From positions 992,001 through 1,056,000 of the forward strand of contig OZ219856.1 of assembly GCA_964291395.2 (NCBI GenBank): a stretch of 64,000 nt of DNA. Direction: 5' to 3'. The first letter of the stretch is position 1. Every line of letters starts with the position of its first letter. The translations under genes were made by a program, and so were the position numbers. Below are positions 20,082-29,519 of the stretch, in pieces. The notes beneath the pieces are model-generated. The model did not search any database. It saw only the letters and a program-made list of their open reading frames with translations, and was not told where the DNA came from. The DNA comes from Alphaproteobacteria bacterium. Its GTDB lineage: Bacteria; Pseudomonadota; Alphaproteobacteria; UBA2966.

Positions 20082-20648
20082 CTACAACGCGCCGAGCATG
20101 ACGAGAAAGGCATTGCTGAAGTCATAGAACACGGGCCAGTTGCCCGTGGGCAGCGGCACGTAGAGCCACACGGTGAACATCAGGATTACGCCCGCGTAAA
20201 TGCCGAACGTCGTGCACACCAGATGCAGCCAGTTGCGTTGGCCGAATATGTACATGTACCCGGCAATGAATAGCGGTGTCGTGAAGTAATAGCCCGTGCG
20301 GGGCAGCAACCACAGGTACAACAGGGGCCAGAGGAACGTGCCCGCGATGCGGAGCGTCGCCCATAAACCGGTCTCCATGTCGTGGTGTTCGGCTCCGACC
20401 CCTTCCGAGAGATGCGCCCCCCGCCGGATTGCGCGCCAGCTCGAGATCAGCGACAACGACGCCACGACCGATATGATGAGAAGGATTCCCCGGGGCCACG
20501 ACACGGTGCCCCAGCGGTAGATCTCGAGGTCGCGCTCGAAGGCGTAGGAATAGATCCACATGAGCGCGAATACCGCGAGCCAGATCCCCGACTCGGCGAG
20601 CAGGCGCACGACCTGTGCGTGCGCCTGCCCGCGTCCGGCGTTGCTCAT
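20082..20648 (-). CDS. tctB: Tripartite tricarboxylate transporter small subunit TctB
   Basis: 4-TM protein ending FTVWLYVPLPTG, lying between tctC and tctA. Confidence 0.85.
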   Translation of the reverse strand: MSNAGRGQAHAQVVRLLAESGIWLAVFALMWIYSYAFERDLEIYRWGTVSWPRGILLIISVVASLSLISSWRAIRRGAHLSEGVGAEHHDMETGLWATLRIAGTFLWPLLYLWLLPRTGYYFTTPLFIAGYMYIFGQRNWLHLVCTTFGIYAGVILMFTVWLYVPLPTGNWPVFYDFSNAFLVMLGAL

Positions 20649-20681
20649 GCGCCGATTTCGAGTACGGGAACGCAGACCGGA

Positions 20682-21692
20682 CTACTTCGAGAACCCGATT
20701 TTCTCATAGAGGGCGACGTAGGCGTCCACGAGACCCCGCACCAGATCCACCGCGTCCTGGCCGCCGTAATAGCTGCGCGCCAGGTGCATGTACTTGCTGC
20801 GATTGAACTTCTGATAGTCGTCCGTCTTGAAGGCGGCATCGCATGCCTTGACCAGATACTCCTGACGGTCCTTCGGCACGTCCTTGTGGACCCAGAACAG
20901 CCGCACACGCTGCAGGACCGGCACGTCGCCGATGTTGGCGTCAACCAGCGAGGGGACGTCCTTGAACGCGTCGGGGCTCGACGGGAGCACGTTCAGAATG
21001 GCCTTCATCTGACCGCCTTCGAGATACTTCCGCACGTCGCCCGGCTGTTCGAAAAGGGCGTCGGTGTGGCCGCCGATGAGCGAGGCGTAGCGCTCCGCGG
21101 GTTTGTCGAAACTGATCTGCTTGACGTTGATGCCGGCCGCTTCCTCGATGGCGCCCCATTGCACCACTTCCATGGAACCTTCGACGCCGATGTTGGCGAG
21201 GTTTACCTGACCGGGGTTCTTCTTCGCGTAGGCGACGAATGACGCCCAATCGGTATACCGATCCTCGTCGGGGCGGATGTAGACCTGGCTGAAGGTGGCC
21301 TGGGTGACGCAGATGGGGATCAGATCCTCACCCAAGGTGAAGTCGATCTGCTTCGCGGCCTCGGCGGTGATGATGCCGTCCGTCTGCTCGAGAATCGTGT
21401 AACCGTCCTTCGGCCGGCTCATGAAGTCCGGCATCGCCGCGAGACCGCCGCCTCCCGGCTTGTTCTCCACCGAGAAACCGACGCCCGTGATCTTCTGCAT
21501 GGCCGTCGCCCATGCGCGGGAGACCTGATCGGAACCGCCGCCCGGCCCGTAAGGAACGATGATCGACACGGTGCGCTCCGGATAACCGCCCGGCTTCATG
21601 AGATCGGCGGCGACGGCGGTGGTCGAGACCGCAACCCCTAACGCGAGGGCCGCGAGTCCACCGACGGTGAAAACGGATTTTCCTTGTGACAT
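20682..21692 (-). CDS. tctC: Tripartite tricarboxylate transporter substrate-binding protein (TctC/Bug)
   Basis: Signal peptide, YPERTVSIIVPYGPGGGSD, VENKPGGGG, DGYT. GGAGGGG SD. Confidence 0.9.
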   Translation of the reverse strand: MSQGKSVFTVGGLAALALGVAVSTTAVAADLMKPGGYPERTVSIIVPYGPGGGSDQVSRAWATAMQKITGVGFSVENKPGGGGLAAMPDFMSRPKDGYTILEQTDGIITAEAAKQIDFTLGEDLIPICVTQATFSQVYIRPDEDRYTDWASFVAYAKKNPGQVNLANIGVEGSMEVVQWGAIEEAAGINVKQISFDKPAERYASLIGGHTDALFEQPGDVRKYLEGGQMKAILNVLPSSPDAFKDVPSLVDANIGDVPVLQRVRLFWVHKDVPKDRQEYLVKACDAAFKTDDYQKFNRSKYMHLARSYYGGQDAVDLVRGLVDAYVALYEKIGFSK

Positions 21693-21951
21693 GAGTCCCC
21701 TCCCCTTGGTTTGTTTTGCACTTTGAGATCGATGCACCGCCCCTACGGTGCCCGGCGCATCTGCGATGGGTCCTAGGGTAATCCTCCGGGTCGGTCGGCG
21801 TCGACCTTCAATTTCATATCTGCCTTGTCGTTGCTGGAGGGAATGGATTTCTCATGACTTCTTCCGATTGATCGCTGCCGCGCGTCGTCTCCGAACGGTC
21901 GGCACGGCAATTCCTGTCCCGCATCCCGGCGATTTCGTATCGATAAATTGA

Positions 21952-22740
21952 TCAGCAGCCGAACTGGCCCGGCGTGTCCCCCATGTGACGCTTGAACATG
22001 GCGATAAAGGCGCTCGGGCTCTCGTAGCCGAGATCGAGAGCGACCTGGGTCACGGGACGGCCCGAGGCGAGCCATTCGACCGCGGCCAGCAGCCGTCGGC
22101 GCCGCCGCCATTCGCCGAAGGTCATCCCGGTCTCGGCGAGGAACAACCGGGCGAGGGTGCGGCTGCTCGCGCCGGCAGTCCGTGCCCAGACGTCGAGCGC
22201 CCGGTCGTCTCGCGGAAACTCGGTTAGCGTGTCGACGATGTCCCGCAGGCGGGGATCCCGCGGAAACGGGAGGTGAAGGGGCGTGGCTTCAAGTCCGCGC
22301 AGTTCATCCAGAAGCACGGCCATGAGGCGCCCGTCGGCGCCCTCGATGTCGTAGAGCGCCGGCAAGGTCACGGCCTTGGAGATCAGTTGGCGGAGGAGGG
22401 GCGGGACGGCCACGACCCAGCAGTCACTCGGCAACCACGGCACGGCGCCCGTGTCGAGGTAGAGGGTGCGCATGAGGATCGCTTCGATGGCCAGGATCTC
22501 GTGCTCTATTTCGGCGGGCATCCACAGGGCGTGACCCGGCGGCACGACCCAGGCGCCGGTCCGGGTGGTGACGCGCATCAAGCCGGAATCCGCGTGCACG
22601 AACTGGGTGCGGGTGTGGGAATGCGGGGCGATGCGGTGACCCGGCGGATAGTCGAGTGCCAGCGCAACCACCGGGCGTGGTTGCACGTCGACCGCATCGC
22701 GTTCCGCCGGGCTGAGGCTCTCTTGTCTGAATCGAGGCAT
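21952..22740 (-). CDS. AraC-family regulator with N-terminal cupin domain
   Basis: PHSH..Q cupin; C-terminal SSRTLARLF..TGMTF..W..LGYESPSAFIAMFK. Confidence 0.92.
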   Translation of the reverse strand: MPRFRQESLSPAERDAVDVQPRPVVALALDYPPGHRIAPHSHTRTQFVHADSGLMRVTTRTGAWVVPPGHALWMPAEIEHEILAIEAILMRTLYLDTGAVPWLPSDCWVVAVPPLLRQLISKAVTLPALYDIEGADGRLMAVLLDELRGLEATPLHLPFPRDPRLRDIVDTLTEFPRDDRALDVWARTAGASSRTLARLFLAETGMTFGEWRRRRRLLAAVEWLASGRPVTQVALDLGYESPSAFIAMFKRHMGDTPGQFGC

Positions 22741-22817
22741 TTATTGGCAATCTATCGAAAGACAGAATGAACGCCAATGTGCATGATGGCCGCGACAACG
22801 TCGGAAAGAACCCGGTA

Positions 22818-24062
22818 ATGAACCGAAGCGCCCTGCGGCTCGCCTTCCTGAATGTGGGTCACGCCTACGACCATCTGTTCATGTTGCTCTTCGCCACGGT
22901 GGTACTCGCCCTGGAGGATGCCTTCGACATGAACTACGGCGAATTGATCGCCTTGTCGTTCCCCGGTTTCCTGGCGTTTGCCGTGGGCGCGTTGCCGGCC
23001 GGCTGGCTCGGCGATCGTTGGGACCGCACCAAATTGATGGCGGTTTTCTTCCTCGGGATCGGCGGCGCTTCGATCCTGACGGGGTTGGCGCAAAGCCCCT
23101 GGCAAATCGCCGCGGCTCTCACGTTGGTCGGCTTGTTCGGTTCAATCTACCACCCGGTAGGCATCGCCATGGTGGTCGAGGGGCGGGAGAAGGTCGGCAA
23201 GGTCCTCGGGATCAACGGCCTGTTCGGCAACCTTGGCGTCGCCGGCGCGGCGATCATCGCCGGCCTCTTCACCCAAACCCTGGGCTGGCGCGCGGCGTTC
23301 GTGATCCCCGGCGCCGTCGCCATGGCCACGGGTGTCGCCTACGTCCTGGTGATGCGGGGGGAGACCGCAACCGCCGGGCGCGCGCCATCGCAGGCGGCCG
23401 CCCGAACGTCCGGCGCGCCGTTTTTCCTGAAGGCATTGCTCATCCTTGCCGTCGCTTCGCTGTTCGGCGGCCTGATCTTCAACGTCACGACGGTAGCCCT
23501 CCCAAAGGTGTTCGACGAGCGGTTGGCGGGTATGGCAACGACGACTCTCGGCGTCGGTTCGTTGGCCTCCATCGTGTTCGCGGTCGCGGCCTTCGCGCAG
23601 ATTGTCGTCGGCTTCCTCATCGACCGATATCCCATCAAGCCGGTATTCGTCATCGTCGTTGCCGCGCAATTGCCGTTGATGCTGTTGGCGGCGACCGCGC
23701 ATGACGCTGCAATGCTGGCGGCGGCGCTGATCCTGATGGCGCTGGTGTTCGGGGAAATCCCCATACACGACGCCCTGATCGCCCGATTCACCACGAATGC
23801 TTGGCGCTCCCGGATTTACGCCATCAAATACGTGATCACGCTGGGTGTGAGCGCGCTCGCGGTTCCGCTGATTTCGTTCACCCACGAATTCGCGGGTGGT
23901 TTCACCACCCTGTTCGTGCTCATGACCGCCTTCGTCGTGATTATCCTGGCCGCCGTCGCCTTTCTTCCGATCACCGGCCGCTCCAGTGAGGCGGCGTCCG
24001 CTGCCGCCGCGGAAGGGACGAGCGATGCTCAAGTCGAATTGAGCCAATCGGCGATTGACTGA
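22818..24062 (+). CDS. MFS transporter (Fsr-like), divergent from the AraC gene
   Basis: NVGHAYDH, GWLGDRW, SIYHPVG; 12 TM. Alternative start at 22767. Confidence 0.85.
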   Translation: MNRSALRLAFLNVGHAYDHLFMLLFATVVLALEDAFDMNYGELIALSFPGFLAFAVGALPAGWLGDRWDRTKLMAVFFLGIGGASILTGLAQSPWQIAAALTLVGLFGSIYHPVGIAMVVEGREKVGKVLGINGLFGNLGVAGAAIIAGLFTQTLGWRAAFVIPGAVAMATGVAYVLVMRGETATAGRAPSQAAARTSGAPFFLKALLILAVASLFGGLIFNVTTVALPKVFDERLAGMATTTLGVGSLASIVFAVAAFAQIVVGFLIDRYPIKPVFVIVVAAQLPLMLLAATAHDAAMLAAALILMALVFGEIPIHDALIARFTTNAWRSRIYAIKYVITLGVSALAVPLISFTHEFAGGFTTLFVLMTAFVVIILAAVAFLPITGRSSEAASAAAAEGTSDAQVELSQSAID

Positions 24063-24088
24063 GCAATACGAGTCCCTAGTCTGGGCCT

Positions 24089-24829
24089 ATGAGCAGCGTT
24101 CGCGGGGATCAACGGCAGAAGGTGCGCGTCGGGGTGCGGGTCGCCCTGGTCGGCGTGCTTGTCGCCGGATTCGTCTCGTTCTTTGCTTTCGGAGTGGACG
24201 ACTACGTGACCATCGAGACCCTGCGGGAGCACCGGGACATCCTGCAAGCCAAGGTCGACGATTACGCCATCCTGGCTCCCGCGGTCTTCGTGGTACTGTA
24301 TGCCACGGCAATCGCCTTCTCAGTGCCTGGCGGTCTGGTGATGACAATCACCGGCGGGTTCCTGTTCGGCAACGTCATGGGAACCACCTATGTCGTCGTC
24401 GCGGCAACCATCGGGGCGAGCGCGATTTTCCTCATTGCGCGGACCGCATTGGGCGAGCCCCTTCGGGCGCGGGCCGGCCCCTGGCTCGGCCGCCTCGAGA
24501 CGGGGTTTCAGCGGAACGCCTTCAATTACCTGCTCGTGCTGCGCCTGATTCCCCTCTTCCCGTTCTTCGTCGTGAATCTGGTGCCCGCATTTCTGGGCGT
24601 GCGACTCGCGCCCTATGTGGTGGCCACCTTCGTCGGCATCATCCCTGCGACCTTTGTGTATTCGACCGTCGGCGCGGGCCTCGACAGTCTCTTCGAGGCG
24701 GACCAGGAGTTCACCGCCACCGGGATTCTGACACCGGAGATCATTACGGCGCTGGTGGGATTGGCGGTTTTGGCTCTCTTGCCGATCGCTTACAAGAGGT
24801 ACAGGGCCCGGAATTCGGAACCCGGCTAG
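24089..24829 (+). CDS. TVP38/TMEM64 (DedA superfamily, VTT domain) membrane protein
   Basis: SVPGG..GGFLFG, LRLIPLFPFFVVN, GIIPATFVY. Confidence 0.9.
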   Translation: MSSVRGDQRQKVRVGVRVALVGVLVAGFVSFFAFGVDDYVTIETLREHRDILQAKVDDYAILAPAVFVVLYATAIAFSVPGGLVMTITGGFLFGNVMGTTYVVVAATIGASAIFLIARTALGEPLRARAGPWLGRLETGFQRNAFNYLLVLRLIPLFPFFVVNLVPAFLGVRLAPYVVATFVGIIPATFVYSTVGAGLDSLFEADQEFTATGILTPEIITALVGLAVLALLPIAYKRYRARNSEPG

Positions 24830-24948
24830 TCAGCCCGGCAGGCGTACGAGGGTTGTGTCGGGGCAGGCGGACTCCCGTATTCTCGATGGAAAAGGCGGGG
24901 CCCGTCCTGCGCCGAGTACTCGCCGATATTCGCAGTCGGCGGCGTCCG

Positions 24949-25638
24949 TCAGCCGGCGCCGACGATCCTCGGCAGCCCCTCGAGCGTCTCTATCTCGGCG
25001 TGGGGCGGGTCGGGGATCCGCTCGCGTGTCTGGCCGAAGCGATTGACCCAGATGACGCGGTATCCGAAGGCGGATGCGGCGGCGGCATCCCAGGCGTTGG
25101 AAGACTGAAACGACATCCGTCCGGCCGGCAGGCCGAGCCGGTCCTCTCCCATCCGGTAGACGCTCGGGTGAGGCTTGAATACGCCGACCTCCTCGACCGA
25201 GAGGACCGCGTCGAGAAGATCCGCAAGATCCGCGCTGCTGACCGCGGCCTCGAGCATGTCGGGCGCGCCATTCGACAGGATGGCCGTCTTCATTCCCGCC
25301 GATTTCAGTTGCGCGAGAACCCCCTTCGCCTCGGGATAGGCGTCGAGCGCGAGATAGAGGTCCATGAGACGGTCGCGCAGCGCGTCGTCGTCGAGGCCGA
25401 GGCTGTCCATCGCGTAGTCCAGCGCGTCTCCCGTAACCCGCCAGAAATCGACGTGCCGGCCCATGACGCTGCGCAGCCAGGTGTACTGGAGCTGCTTCAG
25501 CCGCCAGGTCTCGGCCAGAGGCTGCCACTTGTCCCCGAGTTCCGACCGGCAATGCCGGGCGGCCGCGTCGACGTCGAACAGCGTCCCGTAGGCGTCGAAC
25601 ACGCAGGCACCGATGTCGTCGAATCCTTGAGCTGTCAT
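24949..25638 (-). CDS. Haloacid dehalogenase type II (L-2-haloacid dehalogenase)
   Basis: FDAYGTLFD, WRLKQLQYTW, ILSNG, FKPHPSVY, SSNAWD. Confidence 0.93.
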   Translation of the reverse strand: MTAQGFDDIGACVFDAYGTLFDVDAAARHCRSELGDKWQPLAETWRLKQLQYTWLRSVMGRHVDFWRVTGDALDYAMDSLGLDDDALRDRLMDLYLALDAYPEAKGVLAQLKSAGMKTAILSNGAPDMLEAAVSSADLADLLDAVLSVEEVGVFKPHPSVYRMGEDRLGLPAGRMSFQSSNAWDAAAASAFGYRVIWVNRFGQTRERIPDPPHAEIETLEGLPRIVGAG

Positions 25639-25788
25639 CGCGGTCCCTTAGACGAATAGAGGGGTTTCAGGCAAGCCGGAGTCCATTCGGAGGAGTGGCG
25701 ATCGATCGTGAAGCGCGAGGCGCGCGCCGCGAGGGGAGCGGGCCACGTTCGGGGTCGCGAACCTCGATTCACGTCCGACGTCCCCGAA

Positions 25789-25816
25789 TTGACATCGATC
25801 TCGCCCCGCGTATAGT
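25789..25816 (+). promoter_or_regulatory. Sigma70-type promoter for rpsD
   Basis: TTGACA (25789-94), 16-nt spacer, TATAGT (25811-16), about 57 nt upstream of the rpsD ATG. Confidence 0.65.
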
Positions 25817-25873
25817 ACGCGCCCGATCCGGCGCCCCGGCGCCGGTTTTCCAGTTTCACGCGTGGAATTGCCG

Positions 25874-26491
25874 ATGAGCAAGCGTCAATCAGCGAAGTAC
25901 AAGCTCGACCGCCGCATGGGAGAGAACGTCTGGGGGCGACCCAAGAGCCCGTCCAACCGGCGTTCCTACGGCCCCGGGCAGCACGGCCAGGCTCGCCGGC
26001 GCAAGCTGAGTGACTTCGGGATTCAGTTGAAGGCGAAGCAGAAGCTCAAGGGCTACTACGGCAACATTACCGAGAAGCAGTTCCGCAACACCTATGACCG
26101 GGCGGTCAAGAGCAAGGGCGACACGACGGAGAACCTGATCGGTCTCCTCGAATGCCGGCTCGATGCCGTGGTCTACCGCATGAAGTTCGTGCCGACGGTG
26201 TTCGCGTCGCGGCAGTTCATCAGCCACGGCCACGTCACGGTCAACGGACGGCGCGTGACCATCCCGAGCTACCGGGTCCGGGAAGGCGACGTCGTCGAGG
26301 TGCGCGAGAAGTCCAAGAACATGGCGCTCGTGCTCGAGTCGCTGGAATCGGCGGAGCGGGACGTTCCCGACTACATCGAGGTCGACCACGCGAAGCTGCG
26401 GGGTACGTTCCTTCGCGTGCCGTCCTTCGCCGAGGTGCCCTATCCCGTGCACATGGAGCCGCACCTCGTGATCGAGTACTACAGCCGCTGA
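25874..26491 (+). CDS. rpsD: 30S ribosomal protein S4
   Basis: [66 protein letters not shown]. Confidence 0.98.
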   Translation: MSKRQSAKYKLDRRMGENVWGRPKSPSNRRSYGPGQHGQARRRKLSDFGIQLKAKQKLKGYYGNITEKQFRNTYDRAVKSKGDTTENLIGLLECRLDAVVYRMKFVPTVFASRQFISHGHVTVNGRRVTIPSYRVREGDVVEVREKSKNMALVLESLESAERDVPDYIEVDHAKLRGTFLRVPSFAEVPYPVHMEPHLVIEYYSR

Positions 26492-26590
26492 CCGCCCTTG
26501 CTGCCGTCGTTGCTCCGCTTGCGCTCGCGCCGGCGGGCCGGACGGCGATCATTCCGACATCCCGTGTTCCGTGGTCGAACCACGCGCCTC

Positions 26591-27715
26591 CTACATGTGG
26601 ATGCGGTCGCCTTTGGGATCGAAGAACGGGATTTCGACCACCGTGGCCTTGAGCGGTTCGGGCTCGGTCCTGATGACAAGCGCCGTGCCCACCCCGGCGT
26701 GCTCGGCGGGGACGTAGCCGATGCCGATGGTCTTGTCGAGGGTCGGGCTGAAGCCCGCGAAGGTCGCCTTGCCGCATTCCCGGCCGTCGATCTCGATGGG
26801 AGTGCCGGGCGCCGCGGCGGCGGAGCCCTCGATGATCTCGAAACCGACGAGTTTCCGGCTCACGCCTTGTTGCTTGATACGCAGGAGCGCATCGCGCCCG
26901 ACGAAATCTTCCTTGTCGAGCTTGACCGCCTTGTCGAGGCATGCCTCGAACGGATTGGTGTTCTCGTCGATGTCGCGCGTGTAGATGTGGTAGACCTTCT
27001 CGAGACGGAATACGCCGACCGTCTTGTTGCCGCAGAGCTGAAGGCCGTCGTCCTTGCCGGCCTCCACGATGGCGTCGTACATCGTGTAGGCGTAGCCTGG
27101 ATCGTAGATGATCTCGTAGCCGAGCTCGCCGGTGACGCCGAGGCGCGCGACGATGCAGTCGATGCCGGCGACCTTCGTCTCGACGAAGCGGAAATAGGGC
27201 AGCGCTTCGTTCGAGATGTCGGCGTCGGTGATCTTCTGTAGGATGTCGCGGGATTTGGGCCCCTGAATCTCGATGATCGTGGTGCCGCTGGTCAGGTCCT
27301 CGATCTCGACGTCCATGTCTCCCACATGTCCGCGCACCCATCCCGGCGTCTTGCCGACGTTGAAGGCGGCGGCCGTCAGCAGGTAGTGGTCGGGCGCCAG
27401 GCAGAGCACGACGAGATCGTCGACGATCCCCCCGTCCTCGTTGAGCAGGCTCGAATAGAAGCAACGCCCCGGTTCGGGTTTGATGTCGTTGGCGCAGACC
27501 TTCTGCACGGCATCGTGCGCTTCCGGGCCCTTGAGATGGAGTTCGCCCATCTGGTGACCGTCGAAGAGCACGGCGGCCGAACGGCACGCCTTCACCTCAT
27601 CCTCCACGGAGGTGAAGGTCTCCGGCATCTCCCAGCCGGCGAAGTCGAAAAAGCCGTTGGCTCCGTGAGCAACGTGTTGGCCGTAGTGCGGCGAGCGTTT
27701 CAGGATCTTGGTCAT
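26591..27715 (-). CDS. GcvT-like aminomethyltransferase (folate-binding)
   Basis: FAGWEMP, EVKACR..LFD..MG, GGIVDDL, IQGPKS, RLGVTGELGYEI, RLEK, DFVGRDAL, FSPTL, PFFDP. Confidence 0.88.
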   Translation of the reverse strand: MTKILKRSPHYGQHVAHGANGFFDFAGWEMPETFTSVEDEVKACRSAAVLFDGHQMGELHLKGPEAHDAVQKVCANDIKPEPGRCFYSSLLNEDGGIVDDLVVLCLAPDHYLLTAAAFNVGKTPGWVRGHVGDMDVEIEDLTSGTTIIEIQGPKSRDILQKITDADISNEALPYFRFVETKVAGIDCIVARLGVTGELGYEIIYDPGYAYTMYDAIVEAGKDDGLQLCGNKTVGVFRLEKVYHIYTRDIDENTNPFEACLDKAVKLDKEDFVGRDALLRIKQQGVSRKLVGFEIIEGSAAAAPGTPIEIDGRECGKATFAGFSPTLDKTIGIGYVPAEHAGVGTALVIRTEPEPLKATVVEIPFFDPKGDRIHM

Positions 27716-27743
27716 CGGTTTGTCCTCGGACTCGATAAGCTCT

Positions 27744-29078
27744 CTAGTCGTCGCGGCGCGGGATGTTGGATCCCTTGTGCCACTTCTCGAAGTGGTTCTT
27801 GTGCGTGTGGATGTAGGCGCCTTCCTTGAAATACTGATCATAGAACTCCGTGTCGAGGTGGTGAGCCTGGATGAAGTAGAGCAGGTGCATGGTGTCGTTG
27901 TGAGCGGGGAACTTGCCGTACTCCTCGTAGATGTACCGGCAGATATCCTTGACGCACTCGACCCCTTCATCGGAAATGCCGGGCACCGCCTTTTCGAATT
28001 CCTCGTTGGAGACGGTGTGCGGCAGGGTCATGCCCCGGCGCTCCCAGTCGTCGAGTTTCTCGCCCATGCCGGCCACAGCCGCTTCCACCGCCGCGTCCAT
28101 ATCCTTGTAGTAAGGCGGGCAAAACCCCTCGAAGTAGCCGTCGAGGCCGACCGGGTTGGGGAACGGATCGTCCTTGGGCGTGACGAAACGGAAGCCCAGG
28201 CCCTTGCAGATCGGCGTGCCGCCCATGACCACGAGCGGCGTGAAGCCGCCATGCATCCAGCCCCCGATTCCCGTGGCGGCCATGGCGAGCTGCATGAGCT
28301 GCCCCATCATGGCGCCCTCGGCGCAGAGCCAGCTCACGATGATCTTCTCGAGACGGCCGAGCGGAAGAACCTTGTTGCGGTCGAGCAGGCCCTTGTCGGC
28401 CCACTTCTCGCAGCCCGCCGGCTTCATGCCCCGGCGCTCGTCACAGATATAGTAGCCGCCGCCCTTGACGTAGCGCGCGCCGCCCCTGGTGTCGCACATG
28501 TTGACCGTCAGGCGGATGAGATCCTGGCTGATGTCCGTAACCGGCATGAACAGGGTGGTGCCGGGCCGGTTGGTAACCCAGAGATTGTGGGCGAAGAGAC
28601 CGGGTTCCGCCTGAGGCAGATCGAACCGCCCGTCGGACAGCTTGACGGTGTGGTCCCGGTAGAAGTTCCAGACTTTGTCCCGATCTTCGACGGTTTCGTA
28701 CTCCTTCATCTTGCTCATCTTCGCCTTGTCGGCCTGATAAAGGTAAAGCCCGTCGTCGTTGGTGAAGAACAGCAACGTCCTGTGGGCGCCGACCGCGCTC
28801 GGATGCGTGCGCCCGACCGACTTCACCATGCCGCCCTGGGTGTCGCCCTCGCAAAGAATGGCACCCGTCGTGCCGCAGGCCGCCGCCACGAGGACTGCGG
28901 TTTCCTCCTCGGAGAGCGGATAGGGCTCGTAAGGCGATTTGTGGACGAAGGGGCCGTGGGTGAGCTCCATGCCGAAGCCGAATCGCCGCGAGCGCCGGCT
29001 GGTGAGGGCCTCGAACAGAGGAAAGTCCCAGACCTCCTCGAACTCCGGCAAAACGCTGAATTTGGGATCGTCAGTCAT
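27744..29078 (-). CDS. Uncharacterised protein with nitroreductase-like (FMN-binding) motifs
   Basis: FPLFEALTSRRSRRF, RTHPSA, and AEGAMMGQLMQLAMAATGIGGW resembling the nitroreductase E..xQN..L.A..LGLG helix. GGAGG SD. Confidence 0.65.
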   Translation of the reverse strand: MTDDPKFSVLPEFEEVWDFPLFEALTSRRSRRFGFGMELTHGPFVHKSPYEPYPLSEEETAVLVAAACGTTGAILCEGDTQGGMVKSVGRTHPSAVGAHRTLLFFTNDDGLYLYQADKAKMSKMKEYETVEDRDKVWNFYRDHTVKLSDGRFDLPQAEPGLFAHNLWVTNRPGTTLFMPVTDISQDLIRLTVNMCDTRGGARYVKGGGYYICDERRGMKPAGCEKWADKGLLDRNKVLPLGRLEKIIVSWLCAEGAMMGQLMQLAMAATGIGGWMHGGFTPLVVMGGTPICKGLGFRFVTPKDDPFPNPVGLDGYFEGFCPPYYKDMDAAVEAAVAGMGEKLDDWERRGMTLPHTVSNEEFEKAVPGISDEGVECVKDICRYIYEEYGKFPAHNDTMHLLYFIQAHHLDTEFYDQYFKEGAYIHTHKNHFEKWHKGSNIPRRDD

Positions 29079-29316
29079 TGCTTTCCTCCGTCTGGGGTTT
29101 CGGTTCACGGGCGGCGCGCCGGAAGATCAGCGTGACGATTCCGAAGAGGACGCCCGGCCTCAGCAGTTTTCCGAGAACGGTGAGGAGCTCGGGACCGGTG
29201 ATGTAGGTCCTGGCGTCCCACACCCCCATACGTCCGACCATGACGAGGTGGCGGCCTTCGATCTCGAACCCCTCTATCGAGATATCGAACTCACCGGCCA
29301 TCGACTTGATGATCAC
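29071..29316 (-). CDS. Small hypothetical protein (81 aa) overlapping the downstream gene by 8 nt
   Basis: AGGAG SD before GTG, high GC3, beta-rich N-terminus (GRMGVWDAR) and a hydrophobic C-terminal helix. Confidence 0.75.
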   Translation of the reverse strand: MIIKSMAGEFDISIEGFEIEGRHLVMVGRMGVWDARTYITGPELLTVLGKLLRPGVLFGIVTLIFRRAAREPKPQTEESND

Positions 29317-29519
29317 GCTGCGACTCCTCTCTGAGTTGTCGCGGGTCCCGGGGACCCGCTTGCCTCGACTCGATACGGCACCGCCGCCGCCGCCGGGCCG
29401 CGGTGCGGCGAGAGTTTAGGGGCAAGACCGTCCCGAGGCCAAGCCGTCCGTCGCTGGCCGTCGCCGGAGAGACCCGATAGGATGCCGCCGCGACGCAACG
29501 GCCGGCGAAGGGCGCCCGC

